DNA of 64,000 nucleotides. Origin: a virus. The DNA lies in IMG/VR virus record IMGVR_UViG_3300015607_002427; one strand, written 5' to 3'. Every line of letters begins with the position of its first letter. Position 1 is the stretch's first letter. The translations under genes were made by a program, and so were the position numbers. Positions 63,574 through 64,000 of this stretch are shown here, piece by piece. The notes beneath the pieces were generated by a model. The model saw only the letters and a list, made by a program, of their open reading frames with translations. It was not told the origin of the DNA and ran no database searches.

Positions 63574-64000
63574 TTATTTTTGGGAAGCAATATATGCTTT
63601 GATGCTAGCAATGCGGTTTAGCCATCCTTTTAGGAATTTGACTTGCTCTGGCTTTCTGCTAACAATCGATCTGAATAAGTCTTCTCTCGATTTGAGTATT
63701 TTATCACAAATCTCAAGGGAATTAAACGTTTTTGTTGCACTTATTGTTTGATTTCCAATTTGACCGTCTGGTGTAGCGCCAACTGCTCGTTGAAGCATTT
63801 TTGCTGCGGCTCCAATGCCGTGATTAACTGCAGCGTCAAATAGGTTTATTGCCAATGGGGCATCAAAGCTTTCGCAGCTTAGCGGCTTCCAATAGCGGTT
63901 GTAATACACTTCCATCGCCTGTCGAAGAGTAAGCGATTTGATGTCTAGGTCGGGGTTGGCGTTTTTGGCAATACCAAACTTGGTCTCGCCGCCAGCATCT
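63574..64000 (-). CDS. glycoside hydrolase family 108 endolysin (5' end outside window)
   Basis: DAGGETKFGI, FDAAVNHG, DG.IG..T, FLKGWLNR. Confidence 0.9.
   Translation of the reverse strand, partial: DAGGETKFGIAKNANPDLDIKSLTLRQAMEVYYNRYWKPLSCESFDAPLAINLFDAAVNHGIGAAAKMLQRAVGATPDGQIGNQTISATKTFNSLEICDKILKSREDLFRSIVSRKPEQVKFLKGWLNRIASIKAYIASQK

Noticed and set aside
1..64000. Stop-codon reassignment
   Set aside because: Long conserved genes are uninterrupted in the standard code, TAA, TAG and TGA all terminate genes, and no clear suppressor tRNA was found.

Overview
A 64-kb segment of a large, T4-like or jumbo tailed-phage genome, almost all on the minus strand. It has host-sigma70-type early promoters (TTTACA-N16/17-TATAAT) and T4-like late promoters (NATAAATA). 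Bases 1-11.6 kb are a dense RNA cluster containing 23 recognisable tRNAs and six free-standing homing endonucleases (3 HNH, 1 GIY-YIG, 2 PD-(D/E)XK) that abut tRNA genes. The cluster also holds many non-canonical structured RNAs. The most striking is a six-copy family of a ~55-nt module (AC-CG..YGGUUAUC / YCR..YUUUGU). It is inserted into the anticodon stem of three tRNA bodies and also occurs circularly permuted in three free-standing RNAs. Other oddities are a fused double-tRNA and two ~270-310-nt CCA-ending RNAs. The rest of the window encodes a two-piece (permuted) tmRNA, TilS, CheY, a GGDEF-EAL protein, NAD salvage enzymes (NadV, NadM-Nudix) with a shared leader motif, CoaD/CoaE and a PLD nuclease. 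It also encodes a tandem-AAA MoxR plus vWA-peptidase pair, a 36-aa pilin-like peptide, LigA, a split minimal DnaE, clamp-loader subunits, GroES, dCMP deaminase, dUTPase, class II RNR and a partial GH108 endolysin. All calls come from reading motifs by eye; no searches were run.
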